From a virus (taxonomy: Duplodnaviria; Caudoviricetes), in IMG/VR virus record IMGVR_UViG_3300020045_005258, positions 1 through 47,568 of that record: a stretch of 47,568 nucleotides of DNA. One strand, given 5' to 3'. Position 1 is the first letter of the stretch, and every line of letters begins with the position of its first letter. Of this stretch, positions 25,476 to 34,184 are shown piece by piece. Position numbers and translations under genes: made by a program. A model generated the notes under the pieces. That model was not told the DNA's origin. It was given only the letters and a program-made list of their open reading frames with translations, and made no database searches.

Positions 25476-27656
25476 ATGGACATCACAAAAGATTACGTGT
25501 TTGACTTAGAGACGTACAAGCACGTGTTCACATTCAGCATTATTCGTGCTGATGGTAAGCACAAGAAAACATTTGAAGTGTCACAGAGACTTAACGAAGT
25601 TGATAAGATATTCAAGTGCCTTGACTTTTTGAAATTAAATGAATCAAGACTTGTAGGTTTCAACTCAGTTGGATTTGATTATCCGATCCTTCATAAGTTG
25701 ATTGAATCCAGAAACAATCTACCAAAAACAGGAGCAGGTATTGCTTCTAAAGTTTTTCGGTGGGCGCAGGAACAAATTGATAGCTTTAAAGATGGTTTTG
25801 GTAATACTGTAAAAGCTAAGGATTGTTTCATTCCTCAAGTTGATTTGTACCGCATTTGGCACTTCAACAACAAAGCTAAATCAACTGGTTTAAAGATGCT
25901 TGAATTTAACATGCGTCTTGACAATATTGAAGATTTACCATTTGGTATCCATGAGGAATTAAGAGGTGAACAGATTGATAAAATCAAACAGTACAATGAG
26001 CACGACGTGGCTTGTACTTTGGCTTTCTACAATGAATCCAGTAGTCAAATTCAATTCAGAGATGATCTGAGTATAAAACTAGGGCGTGATTTTACAAATG
26101 CTGACGATACAAAGATTGGTTCTGAGTACTTTCAAATGGAACTAGAAAAAGCTGATGTAGCTCTGTACAAGTACCAAAATGGTAAACGAATCCTAAAGCA
26201 AACACATCGTAACAAGATCAATATTAAAGAATGCCTGTTCAGTTACTATCATTTCAACCGACCTGAATTCCGTGCAATTCATCAATGGTTTAGCAATCAA
26301 GTAATCACAGAAACAAAGGGTGTGTTCAGTGATATTGAAGAACACAACTTAGGTGATGTAGCGAAGTACGCTGAAATGAACACAAAGCGAAAGAAGCTAA
26401 AAGGTAAACCAACGGGAATGGATTTGAAAGAATTCCACAAAGAGTTCCCATTGGGTTGGATTGAAGAAGAAGAACTGAAAGCAACTGAATATCTATTTGA
26501 TTCAGAAGGAAATCACGTAATGGAATATCCACTGGATGAAGAGGGTGCGATTGACTTTACAAAGAAGCAAAAGAAAGCTAGAGTACCAAAGAAATCGTAC
26601 TGGGGCTGTCATCGTACTGTTGACACACTGAACGTAGTCATTGATGGATTACGTATTGATTTTGGTGTAGGTGGAATTCATGCTAGTTTATCTGAAAAGA
26701 TAGTTAAAGAAAATAAGAAGTACTTGATTCGAGATGCTGACGTTAGTTCAATGTATCCTAATGTTGCTATTTCTAATAGAATTTATCCTGAACACTTAGG
26801 TGAAAAGTTCTGCGATATTTATCAAGACATGTATGAACAACGAAAGTCATACGGTAAAGGTACTGCTGAAAATGCTATGCTTAAGCTAGCACTCAATGGT
26901 TGCTACGGAAAATCTAATGACAAGTATTCGGTATTCTATGATCCTAAGTTTACGATGTCTATTACTATCAATGGTCAATTGTCATTGTTGATGTTAGTTG
27001 ACAAGCTTCTTGAAATAGAAGGGTTAAAACTTGTTCAACTAAACACTGATGGTGTTACTGTTGCATTGCCACGAGATGCTGAAGATTTGTACAAACAAGT
27101 GTGTCAACAATGGGAAATCGACGTTAAACTCCAGTTGGAGTACGTTGACTATTCAGCCATGTATATTAGGGATGTGAATTCATACATAGCTGTATACAGC
27201 AAAGGTGGAGTCAAGCGCAAAGGTGCGTATCAATACGAAGGTCTTGGATGGCATCAGAATCAGTCCTGCTTGGTTGTACCAATGGCTGCTGAAGCATTTA
27301 TGTTAAATGGAACAGACCCTGAAGAATTCATTCGCAATCACAAAGATAAGTTCGACTTCTTGCTCAGGACAAAAGTACCTCGAAGTTCTAAGTTGATCAT
27401 GCGAATGCAAGATGGTACGGATATTCCACAGCAGAACATTTGTAGATACTATCCTAGTTTGAACGGAGGTAAGTTGATTAAAGTGATGCCAGCGATGGAA
27501 GGGAAAGAAGTAGACGGTGACCGTGAGTTAAGTATTGACAAAGAGTACAATATTAAGACTTGCAACAATATCAATGATTTTTCATGGGACTTGGACTATG
27601 ACTACTACATCAATGAAACAAAAAAGTTGTTGATTCTTCCGAAAAGCAAAGATTGA
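25476..27656 (+). CDS. DNA polymerase, family-B-like, with 3'-5' exonuclease
   Basis: Exo motifs FDLETY, GFNSVGFD, YNEHD; polymerase motifs DADVSSMYP, KLALNGCYGK, NTDG. Confidence 0.92.
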   Translation: MDITKDYVFDLETYKHVFTFSIIRADGKHKKTFEVSQRLNEVDKIFKCLDFLKLNESRLVGFNSVGFDYPILHKLIESRNNLPKTGAGIASKVFRWAQEQIDSFKDGFGNTVKAKDCFIPQVDLYRIWHFNNKAKSTGLKMLEFNMRLDNIEDLPFGIHEELRGEQIDKIKQYNEHDVACTLAFYNESSSQIQFRDDLSIKLGRDFTNADDTKIGSEYFQMELEKADVALYKYQNGKRILKQTHRNKINIKECLFSYYHFNRPEFRAIHQWFSNQVITETKGVFSDIEEHNLGDVAKYAEMNTKRKKLKGKPTGMDLKEFHKEFPLGWIEEEELKATEYLFDSEGNHVMEYPLDEEGAIDFTKKQKKARVPKKSYWGCHRTVDTLNVVIDGLRIDFGVGGIHASLSEKIVKENKKYLIRDADVSSMYPNVAISNRIYPEHLGEKFCDIYQDMYEQRKSYGKGTAENAMLKLALNGCYGKSNDKYSVFYDPKFTMSITINGQLSLLMLVDKLLEIEGLKLVQLNTDGVTVALPRDAEDLYKQVCQQWEIDVKLQLEYVDYSAMYIRDVNSYIAVYSKGGVKRKGAYQYEGLGWHQNQSCLVVPMAAEAFMLNGTDPEEFIRNHKDKFDFLLRTKVPRSSKLIMRMQDGTDIPQQNICRYYPSLNGGKLIKVMPAMEGKEVDGDRELSIDKEYNIKTCNNINDFSWDLDYDYYINETKKLLILPKSKD

Positions 27657-27880
27657 TGTTACAATCACCCATAAACAAAAGGAACCCAACAATGAACTTC
27701 CCTTTCCTATCAGATGATACCTTCAATACCCTTGTACTTGAAGCTCAGTATTTGTCCGAAGCTAGCAATCGAAAGGGTACTGGAATTTTATCTTTGCATG
27801 ACTTCGCAAGGAACCTGATTCTGTTGTATAATCAACTTTTGATTGAAGATAAATTAAAACGAAAGGTAAATAATGACTAA
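27653..27880 (+). CDS. hypothetical protein (start may be ATG 27692)
   Basis: AAGGA RBS precedes MNFPFL. Confidence 0.6.
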   Translation: MMLQSPINKRNPTMNFPFLSDDTFNTLVLEAQYLSEASNRKGTGILSLHDFARNLILLYNQLLIEDKLKRKVNND

Positions 27881-28217
27881 CGCAAAGAAAGAGTTCATGG
27901 AGCATACATCCGAGAATTGCACAGCAAGTAGAGCTATACAATGTGCTAGTATTTGTATCTTTGATTACACGCAAAAATCAGACAAGTTCTGTATTCTTCC
28001 TGTAGGATACTCGACTGAAGATTTGAATTTATTCTTAGATAGCATTGATGTTGAGTACGATTCAGGTTATGGTAGTCAAAAATTACAAGGCACTATCTGG
28101 TATACTGACGGACGTACATGGAGTTCTAGAGGTGAATACGATGGTGCTGAATGGTGGGATTTTAATTCCGTACCTGAGATTAGTAAAGAACTCGTAGGTA
28201 ATCAAGGAACAAAATGA
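27873..28217 (+). CDS. conserved phage hypothetical protein
   Basis: YDSGYGSQ.L.GTIW...RGEYDGAEWW motif. Confidence 0.8.
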   Translation: MTNAKKEFMEHTSENCTASRAIQCASICIFDYTQKSDKFCILPVGYSTEDLNLFLDSIDVEYDSGYGSQKLQGTIWYTDGRTWSSRGEYDGAEWWDFNSVPEISKELVGNQGTK

Positions 28218-28339
28218 ACCAAACTAACTTTTACCTATTCAAACCCAACATGCATTGGAACTACATTAAAGAAAGTACTTACCTTGTGTTGTTGAATCAC
28301 TACGGAAGTGATAGACTAAAGATTAAGGAGACAACATGA
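28214..28339 (+). CDS. hypothetical protein (41 aa)
   Basis: AAGGA RBS, ATGA overlaps at both ends. Confidence 0.5.
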   Translation: MNQTNFYLFKPNMHWNYIKESTYLVLLNHYGSDRLKIKETT

Positions 28340-28536
28340 AAAAAGTTATCTACAAATGCCCTGAATGCGAAAACGAAGAACTCTTTGTACGTGCAGTAGA
28401 GACTTACTATCTGAACACAGGAGAATTCTTTTGTCATTCAGTCAAAACACATGACAGTGAAGCAGAGGTATTCTGTATGGACTGCGATTGGAAAGGCACT
28501 AGAAAAGATTTAGAAGATAATAAGAAAGTTCAATAA
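28336..28536 (+). CDS. small Zn-ribbon protein
   Basis: CPEC...CMDC. Confidence 0.75.
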   Translation: MKKVIYKCPECENEELFVRAVETYYLNTGEFFCHSVKTHDSEAEVFCMDCDWKGTRKDLEDNKKVQ

Positions 28537-28541
28537 AACTG

Positions 28542-28550
28542 TGCTACAAT
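28542..28550 (+). promoter_or_regulatory. extended -10 promoter upstream of the tRNA-like RNA
   Basis: TGCTACAAT 15 nt before the acceptor stem. Confidence 0.65.
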
Positions 28551-28565
28551 ACGTCTAAGAAACAA

Positions 28566-28653
28566 AGCCGGTGTCCCTCTACAATTCTTCTAAAGTTGTG
28601 TCAATAAATAAGAGGATGGATGACGAAAGGTTCGATACCTTCATTGGCTACCA
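28566..28653 (+). tRNA. non-canonical tRNA-like RNA, anticodon UCU (Arg), no D-arm
   Basis: acceptor AGCCGGTG/CATTGGCT plus ACCA; T-arm AAGG-TTCGATA-CCTT; anticodon arm ACAATT-CTTCTAA-AGTTGT; long variable arm GTCA...TGAC. Confidence 0.7.
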
Positions 28654-28661
28654 AGAAATTG

Positions 28662-28670
28662 TGCTACAAT
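28662..28670 (+). promoter_or_regulatory. extended -10 promoter
   Basis: second TGCTACAAT, 35 nt upstream of ATG 28706. Confidence 0.65.
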
Positions 28671-28705
28671 TAACTCTTAAATTCTTTAACTCTACTAAGG
28701 AAAAT

Positions 28706-29200
28706 ATGAAAATCTTCTCTGAAATCAAAGGCACTTTCGCTTGGGTGAGCGCACATCGTCCACGCAGGGCATATCAGCATCCTTTGATGCCTTTTACACC
28801 GGATGAGTTCAGTACTTGTTTGATTATTACAGATTTGAATGAAGTAAATAAATTAGAGGAGTTGATTGTAACTTTTGGTTTAAAACTCAAGATTACAGAA
28901 GTAAATACAGAAGAACTTAAACTCAGGATTAAGTGCGAATTACCAAAAGATGCAGGTAAAACCTCGCATACAGTAACCTTCCGTAAATCAACTGAAACAG
29001 AAGGAGTTAAGATTAAACCAGAAGATCGACCTGTTGTTTATTACAACATTCAAGACAGTCTTATAAACATTACTCATGATGTTCAAGTAGCAAATGGTAG
29101 TAAAGGTACTCTTAGATTTGAAATTGCTAAATCTAAACGAGGTTTTAACTATTCACTGTTGAATGCTTTGATTGTTGATGAGTTAATTGAATACAAGTAA
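28706..29200 (+). CDS. SSB paralogue lacking the acidic tail
   Basis: start MKIFSEI with AAGGA RBS; GTFAW, VANGSKGTLRFE and VDELIEY align with 29584 ORF. Confidence 0.7.
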   Translation: MKIFSEIKGTFAWVSAHRPRRAYQHPLMPFTPDEFSTCLIITDLNEVNKLEELIVTFGLKLKITEVNTEELKLRIKCELPKDAGKTSHTVTFRKSTETEGVKIKPEDRPVVYYNIQDSLINITHDVQVANGSKGTLRFEIAKSKRGFNYSLLNALIVDELIEYK

Positions 29201-29211
29201 AGGTAAGCACT

Positions 29212-29490
29212 ATGACTGATTTAGAAAAATACGAGAAACTACTTAATGGTTTTGGGCTGGAGTATCTAAAGGAAGATCATGAGTTCTTTACTTTGATTTA
29301 CTTAGCTGAACCAAGTACCTTCATGTTTGAGTGGTCAAAAGATGGAACTTATAACAGCGGGAAGGCATTCAAAGATGAGTATCTGAAAACGAGTGATCAA
29401 GATAAAGTGGATAGCTATAGCGGATTCTATTGTTACTTCTCTTTCTGTAAAGATGGAAAGTTCAGTAAAGTAGGGATATTTGAAAGCTGA
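29212..29490 (+). CDS. hypothetical protein
   Basis: YSGFYCYFSF.KDGKF..VGIFE pattern, AAAGGT RBS. Confidence 0.75.
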   Translation: MTDLEKYEKLLNGFGLEYLKEDHEFFTLIYLAEPSTFMFEWSKDGTYNSGKAFKDEYLKTSDQDKVDSYSGFYCYFSFCKDGKFSKVGIFES

Positions 29491-29583
29491 AAAGTAATTG
29501 TGAAATGGTACTAAGGATGTACCTGACGTACTCAGTCATTAAACGAGAAATTAACCAACTTCTATTAAAGGAAATCAAATCAA

Positions 29584-30243
29584 ATGACAATCAAAACAAA
29601 TCTTATCTCCGGTACTTTCGCTTACGCTAAGGTTACTGAACCATCTTTCAAGTACCAAAGCGATACCGAAAAAGAGTTCACTATTGATATCGTAGTAGAT
29701 GAAGAGACTTACGATAACTTCGTAGAGCAGTATCCAAAACAAAAAGGTAAGATCATCAAGACAAGTGAATTCGAAGGTACTTACAAGTTCCCTCCTGTAT
29801 TTCCTGATGAAAAGAAGCAGTTCATCCTTAAGCTAAAACGTCCAGCTACCTTCAAGAACAAAGAGACTAAGGAGTTCCAGACAATTGAGCAGAAGTACTG
29901 GCCTAAGATTCTAGTCAAGAAAGGTGACAAGACTACACCTCTAAAAGAAGGTGTCTTGATTGGTAATGCAAGTACAGGTAAAGTTTCATTTGAAGAGAAC
30001 ACTAATGACTACGGTACATTCGCTAAGCTCAAGAACATCCTAGTAGAGACTTTGATTGAGTACAGCAAAGACGGAGATGATGCAGCGAATGACTTCGGAT
30101 TGAGTACGTCAGTAGATGGAGAGAGTGATTTTGCAAGTGACGGTAATGGAAGTACAGTTAAGGTTCCTGCTAGTGCAAAGACTAAAGCACCTGCGAAGAA
30201 ACCAAAGGTTGAAGAAGATGAAGAGTCAGATTCACCTTTCTGA
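29584..30243 (+). CDS. single-stranded DNA-binding protein (T7 gp2.5-like)
   Basis: OB-fold-like core, acidic tail ending EEDEESDSPF, replication-module position. Confidence 0.8.
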   Translation: MTIKTNLISGTFAYAKVTEPSFKYQSDTEKEFTIDIVVDEETYDNFVEQYPKQKGKIIKTSEFEGTYKFPPVFPDEKKQFILKLKRPATFKNKETKEFQTIEQKYWPKILVKKGDKTTPLKEGVLIGNASTGKVSFEENTNDYGTFAKLKNILVETLIEYSKDGDDAANDFGLSTSVDGESDFASDGNGSTVKVPASAKTKAPAKKPKVEEDEESDSPF

Positions 30244-30247
30244 TACC

Positions 30248-30345
30248 ATCTAGAACGAACCAGAAGCTACCTAGAATCAATTAGAAATCCTTCTGACTAA
30301 TCTAGGTAGTTATTTAAAAATAAACGCTTAAATCGCTTATAATCA
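30248..30345. other. phased two-armed DNA element
   Basis: CTAGAA/CCAGAA/CTAGAA/TTAGAA about 10.5 bp apart, then TAAACGCTTAAATCGCTTATAATC. Confidence 0.4.
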
Positions 30346-30370
30346 ATACACAACACTTATAAAGGAATAC

Positions 30371-30541
30371 ATGAATAATACTAATTCAGATTTTGACACT
30401 TGGTTTGATAATCTATGTACAATTGTGCATTGTAATACAGAGATAATCTTCAGGGATCGCGATTCAGTTCTTCAAGATTTTGAAGCAGGTAAAGACTGCG
30501 AAGATGTGGCTGACGAGATCATCCAAGAATATAATGACTAA
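30371..30541 (+). CDS. hypothetical acidic protein (56 aa)
   Basis: AAAGGA RBS, MNNTNSDFDTWFD... Confidence 0.65.
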   Translation: MNNTNSDFDTWFDNLCTIVHCNTEIIFRDRDSVLQDFEAGKDCEDVADEIIQEYND

Positions 30542-30559
30542 TTCACTTTAAAGGAAATC

Positions 30560-30757
30560 ATGCGTTACTTTCATGCACTTTTTATCGTTCTACTAACAGT
30601 AGCTCTTTCACCTTTCTTTTTACTTTGGTTCCTTAATACTACAGTTCTTTACTTTTGGCTATTAGCTCTAGGGCACTTTGTTAGTAAATTCGATACTGGA
30701 TCTAAATTAAAGAAACTAGAAAACCTAGTAAATAAGTACCAGAACCAAGGTAAATAA
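30560..30757 (+). CDS. small membrane protein
   Basis: hydrophobic N-terminal 40 aa, AAGGA RBS. Confidence 0.7.
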   Translation: MRYFHALFIVLLTVALSPFFLLWFLNTTVLYFWLLALGHFVSKFDTGSKLKKLENLVNKYQNQGK

Positions 30758-30758
30758 C

Positions 30759-30944
30759 ATGAACTATACACTAATTGATTTCGTTGTAGCATTTGAGAAA
30801 TGGGAGAATGATTTCCGAATCAACCCAAGTCTGTACTACACATCAGAGGAAGTTCAAGCTATGGATGCTAGTGAAGTATCAAAAGATAGAGCAAGTTACT
30901 TCTTGGCTTTGCTTGAATCAAAAGAACAAGTTACTGTTCACTGA
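30759..30944 (+). CDS. hypothetical protein
   Basis: AAGGT RBS. Confidence 0.7.
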   Translation: MNYTLIDFVVAFEKWENDFRINPSLYYTSEEVQAMDASEVSKDRASYFLALLESKEQVTVH

Positions 30945-30978
30945 ATAATTTAATCAACAATATAAAGGAAATATACAA

Positions 30979-31200
30979 ATGTCAACACAAAAAGAATTCA
31001 TCGCTGAACTCGTCAAGCAGTTCACTTATATTGACTCAATTACTGAAGAAGTAAAAGAAATCAAGGATTTAATTAAACAAGCTGGGTTTGACCCTGCGAT
31101 TCTCAGTGCAGTAGCTAAGAGCATTGTAAAAAGTTCAGTAGACGAACTAAGTGCTAAATCAGAAGATATCTTGGCTGCTATCGAAGTATCCCGCAACTAA
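30979..31200 (+). CDS. small dsDNA-binding protein, T4 DsbA/GapR(DUF2312)-like
   Basis: ITEEVKEIKDLIKQAGFDPAILSAVAK helix pattern. Confidence 0.5.
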   Translation: MSTQKEFIAELVKQFTYIDSITEEVKEIKDLIKQAGFDPAILSAVAKSIVKSSVDELSAKSEDILAAIEVSRN

Positions 31201-31218
31201 GTATAATTGAGTTATAAT

Positions 31219-31268
31219 GACCCATAGGTGATCTTGGAGAAATCCTTGGTTAACTATGGGTTTTATTG
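31219..31268 (+). terminator. rho-independent terminator
   Basis: ACCCATAG/CTATGGGT stem plus TTTATT. Confidence 0.6.
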
Positions 31269-31317
31269 TTTATGATAAAAGCAGATAGGTTTTTGTTTTA
31301 TTAAGTAAAGGAGAAAT

Positions 31318-31932
31318 ATGAATCAAATTGATTTTAAGAATGCTAAGGGTGAGTGGTTGCAACGGTCTATGGTGGACGGTAAGTACACTTGGAGTATTAG
31401 CGGGGTACTTTGGAATAACGTAAAAGAACGATGTACAAGTGATAGTGCTACGCAACGAGATTCCCCGAAGTACAGAGGAGCAATCAATGACTTCAAGGGT
31501 TTCCAAGAGTTCACTGAATGGAATCGAAAACAAGTAGGTTATGGTTTAGGGTACGATCTTGATGCTGACATGTTAAAGAACGGGACTAAGCGATACTCTG
31601 AAGAAACTTGTTTATTAGTACCTTCAGCTTTGAATCGTTTTATTCAAAGTTATGGTGTACGTAAGAATGGATTACCGCAGGGAATTACAGTTCATAATAA
31701 AGGGTTTAAAGCCGTTTGTATGCTACAAGATGAAGAAGGAATTGCACAGACAATGTTATTTGAGACATTTACAGCAAGTGAATTACCTGAAGCAATGGAA
31801 GCATACGCTAAAGCTAAGAATGAATGTGCTGCTATCTGGAGGGCACGTTTAGAATCAAACCGCTACACAGTAGATCAACGAGTTAAAGACCACATGAAAA
31901 ACTGGGTATTTGAGCATAAGGAAGTTGAATGA
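31318..31932 (+). CDS. HNH-like homing endonuclease (divergent)
   Basis: WNNVKERC, FQEFTEW, YDLDADML...YSEETCLLVP..LN, GLPQGI. Confidence 0.75.
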   Translation: MNQIDFKNAKGEWLQRSMVDGKYTWSISGVLWNNVKERCTSDSATQRDSPKYRGAINDFKGFQEFTEWNRKQVGYGLGYDLDADMLKNGTKRYSEETCLLVPSALNRFIQSYGVRKNGLPQGITVHNKGFKAVCMLQDEEGIAQTMLFETFTASELPEAMEAYAKAKNECAAIWRARLESNRYTVDQRVKDHMKNWVFEHKEVE

Positions 31933-32924
31933 ATAAACGAATCCTAATTGTTGATGGAGACTCAGTGGCGTATCGTTGTGCTGCTGCATGTGAAACTAGG
32001 GCTATTAACGTCCTTCATAAACCCACAGGATTGACTAAATCATTCAAGCACAGAACTGAACTGAAGAAGTCACTCTTAGCTAAAGGAAAGGAGGTTACTG
32101 ATGATTACGTTATCACTGACGTACAGACACCAGAACCTCTTGAATACTGCTTGAGTACGATTAAGAAGCACATTAAGAAAGCATCAGACGCAGTAGAAGC
32201 AGACGAAGTTAAAGTATTCTCAGGGGAGAGCTTTAACTTCAGGCTTGACCTTCCCTTACCTGTGCGTTATAAATCAAACCGTACAGGGAATATTCGACCT
32301 ATTCACTTAAAAGAAGCTAAGTTATTTATGAAGAATAAATACAAAGCTGAAGAAGCAGTAGGATACGAGGTCGATGATGCTTCGTGCCTATACGGATATG
32401 ACGTGCTAAAACAAGGAGATATTCCATTGTTGTTAAAGATAGAAAAAGATCAAATGTCGCATAATGGCTTATTGTTGGTAGAATCTACTGAAAATAGCAC
32501 TGAATTTAGTGAAAAATGCTTTACTATCACTGAAATACCAGAGCTAGGTGAATTGCACATCGGTAGCTCAGGTACGGTTAAAGGTTCTGGTCTTAAGTTC
32601 TTGTGTCACCAATGGATTTTTGGTGACCCTGTAGATTGTTACAAGGCTTCTGAATTATCTAAGTTGAAGTTTGGAGAGAAAAGTAGTTATAAATTACTTG
32701 AACCTTTATCATCCGTCAAAGCCTGCCTAGAAGCTGTCATAGATCAATTCAAGGTGTTCTATCCAGAACCCTTTACTTACACTGACTGGTCAGGTAAAGT
32801 GCATGAGAACGTGACCTATCGGGATATGCTAGAGCTTTACTTCGCTTGCTGTTGGATGAAACGCGCAAAAGATGATGATAGTACACCATTTGCTTTATTT
32901 AAGCAGTACAATGTAGCTTACTAA
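31929..32924 (+). CDS. 5'-3' exonuclease (T7 gp6/T5 D15/FEN-like)
   Basis: IVDGDSVAY, NFR, YKSNR, EVDD and GDPVD motifs. Confidence 0.85.
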   Translation: MNKRILIVDGDSVAYRCAAACETRAINVLHKPTGLTKSFKHRTELKKSLLAKGKEVTDDYVITDVQTPEPLEYCLSTIKKHIKKASDAVEADEVKVFSGESFNFRLDLPLPVRYKSNRTGNIRPIHLKEAKLFMKNKYKAEEAVGYEVDDASCLYGYDVLKQGDIPLLLKIEKDQMSHNGLLLVESTENSTEFSEKCFTITEIPELGELHIGSSGTVKGSGLKFLCHQWIFGDPVDCYKASELSKLKFGEKSSYKLLEPLSSVKACLEAVIDQFKVFYPEPFTYTDWSGKVHENVTYRDMLELYFACCWMKRAKDDDSTPFALFKQYNVAY

Positions 32925-32942
32925 TTAACTGAAAGGAATCTA

Positions 32943-33233
32943 ATGAAAACAGATCATTTAGCTTACATAAATAGTTTATCTCCAGATGCCTTAAAGAAAC
33001 TCTGTAGGAGTATTCTTCCACCTACTCCTGTAATGACTGTAACTAACCCACAAGAGATTGAGTTACTACTGAAATCATGCAAAGATAAAGGAGAATTCTT
33101 AGAATCATCCGATGGACAGTTCTCTGGTGTTTCTTCGGAGGTATATCTTCTTGGGCCTTATAGGTACGAATTCTTAGCTGATAATTCAGGTTGGTTCCAG
33201 TGCTGCGTGTACAATAAAGAGGATCGTAAATGA
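32943..33233 (+). CDS. hypothetical protein
   Basis: AAAGGA RBS. Confidence 0.7.
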   Translation: MKTDHLAYINSLSPDALKKLCRSILPPTPVMTVTNPQEIELLLKSCKDKGEFLESSDGQFSGVSSEVYLLGPYRYEFLADNSGWFQCCVYNKEDRK

Positions 33234-33313
33234 ACGAAGAAAACGAATACAAGTTATTCCTAATTTCAATCCTAGGTACAGCAGCATTGATTTTACTGTT
33301 GCTTATCGCTTGA
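33230..33313 (+). CDS. 27-aa membrane peptide
   Basis: GAGGA RBS, MNEENEYKLFLISILGTAALILLLLIA. Confidence 0.5.
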   Translation: MNEENEYKLFLISILGTAALILLLLIA

Positions 33314-33325
33314 TTAAAGGATATT

Positions 33326-33520
33326 ATGATCCACAATAAACGCACTAGAGTTAACTCAGCATTACTATCCCTTCTTGGTAATAAATCCCTTGTAAAGCTC
33401 TGGTGGAAGTCACCCAATCGAGGACTAAAAGGTGAAGTACCAAATGCACTCTGGAAGCAAGGTAAGCATCTTTGGGTTATAATGTACGTTCTAGCACATA
33501 GTCAAATGGAAGGAAGTTAA
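33326..33520 (+). CDS. hypothetical protein
   Basis: LWWKSPN motif, AAGGGA RBS. Confidence 0.7.
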   Translation: MIHNKRTRVNSALLSLLGNKSLVKLWWKSPNRGLKGEVPNALWKQGKHLWVIMYVLAHSQMEGS

Positions 33521-33521
33521 T

Positions 33522-33857
33522 ATGAAATCTACCCCAATTGAAGGTGTTGTCTACAAAGGAACATTCGTTACCCAAAAGGAAACACCAGAAGTACAACAAG
33601 AAGATACTCTTATCTACCGCCTTCGTAAGCGTGCAGAGATACGCTCTAGCATTCAATCCCGTAAGTCCGTACTTCTTGGTGAACCTGATAGAATCAGTGA
33701 ATTACTCCTAGAAGCTGCTGATGAACTAGAAATTAAAGATGCAGTTATTGAAGTACATATTAAAAGTATTTATGAACTAAATAAAGTAATCGGTGAAATG
33801 GATGATATTATTGAAAGATTAGAAGCTAGGTTAGAATCAGGTATGAGGATGTTTTAA
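33522..33857 (+). CDS. conserved phage hypothetical protein
   Basis: LIYRLRKRAEIR...PDRISELLLEAADELE motif. Confidence 0.8.
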   Translation: MKSTPIEGVVYKGTFVTQKETPEVQQEDTLIYRLRKRAEIRSSIQSRKSVLLGEPDRISELLLEAADELEIKDAVIEVHIKSIYELNKVIGEMDDIIERLEARLESGMRMF

Positions 33858-33870
33858 ATAAAGGAACAAT

Positions 33871-34182
33871 ATGAAAACAGATAAATATGGTGTGTTCAGT
33901 ACAGTCAGTCTAGTAGTGGATACGACTACAGGTGAACGAGTAAGTCAATACTTCACTAGACTCGGAGATGCGAAGCGAAAAGCAAAGCACTTCAATGCTG
34001 GGCTAGGATATCAAAGGTACGAAGCACATGAGATGCACGTTTCACCTAAAGTATCAACCTTTGCAGTGATTGATAGAGCAATGCCTGATTGGAGGTTAGT
34101 TGAAGTAAGTTGTTATATTGGTGCTCTTGAATTAACAATCCAGAATACGATTACTAATCAGGTAATTACGTTAAAGAAGTAA
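33871..34182 (+). CDS. hypothetical protein
   Basis: AAGGA RBS; paralogous to 34385 ORF. Confidence 0.75.
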   Translation: MKTDKYGVFSTVSLVVDTTTGERVSQYFTRLGDAKRKAKHFNAGLGYQRYEAHEMHVSPKVSTFAVIDRAMPDWRLVEVSCYIGALELTIQNTITNQVITLKK

Positions 34183-34184
34183 TA

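Noticed and set aside
28586-28596. Amber-suppressor (CUA) reading of the tRNA-like anticodon loop
   Set aside because: The TTCTAAA register needs two T-T mismatches in the stem, while the CTTCTAA (UCU) register pairs fully. Large genes show no internal TAG recoding.
28571-28705. GTG-initiated N-terminal extension of the SSB paralogue
   Set aside because: No RBS; it overlaps the tRNA-like RNA and a promoter. ATG 28706 has an RBS and matches the paralogue start.
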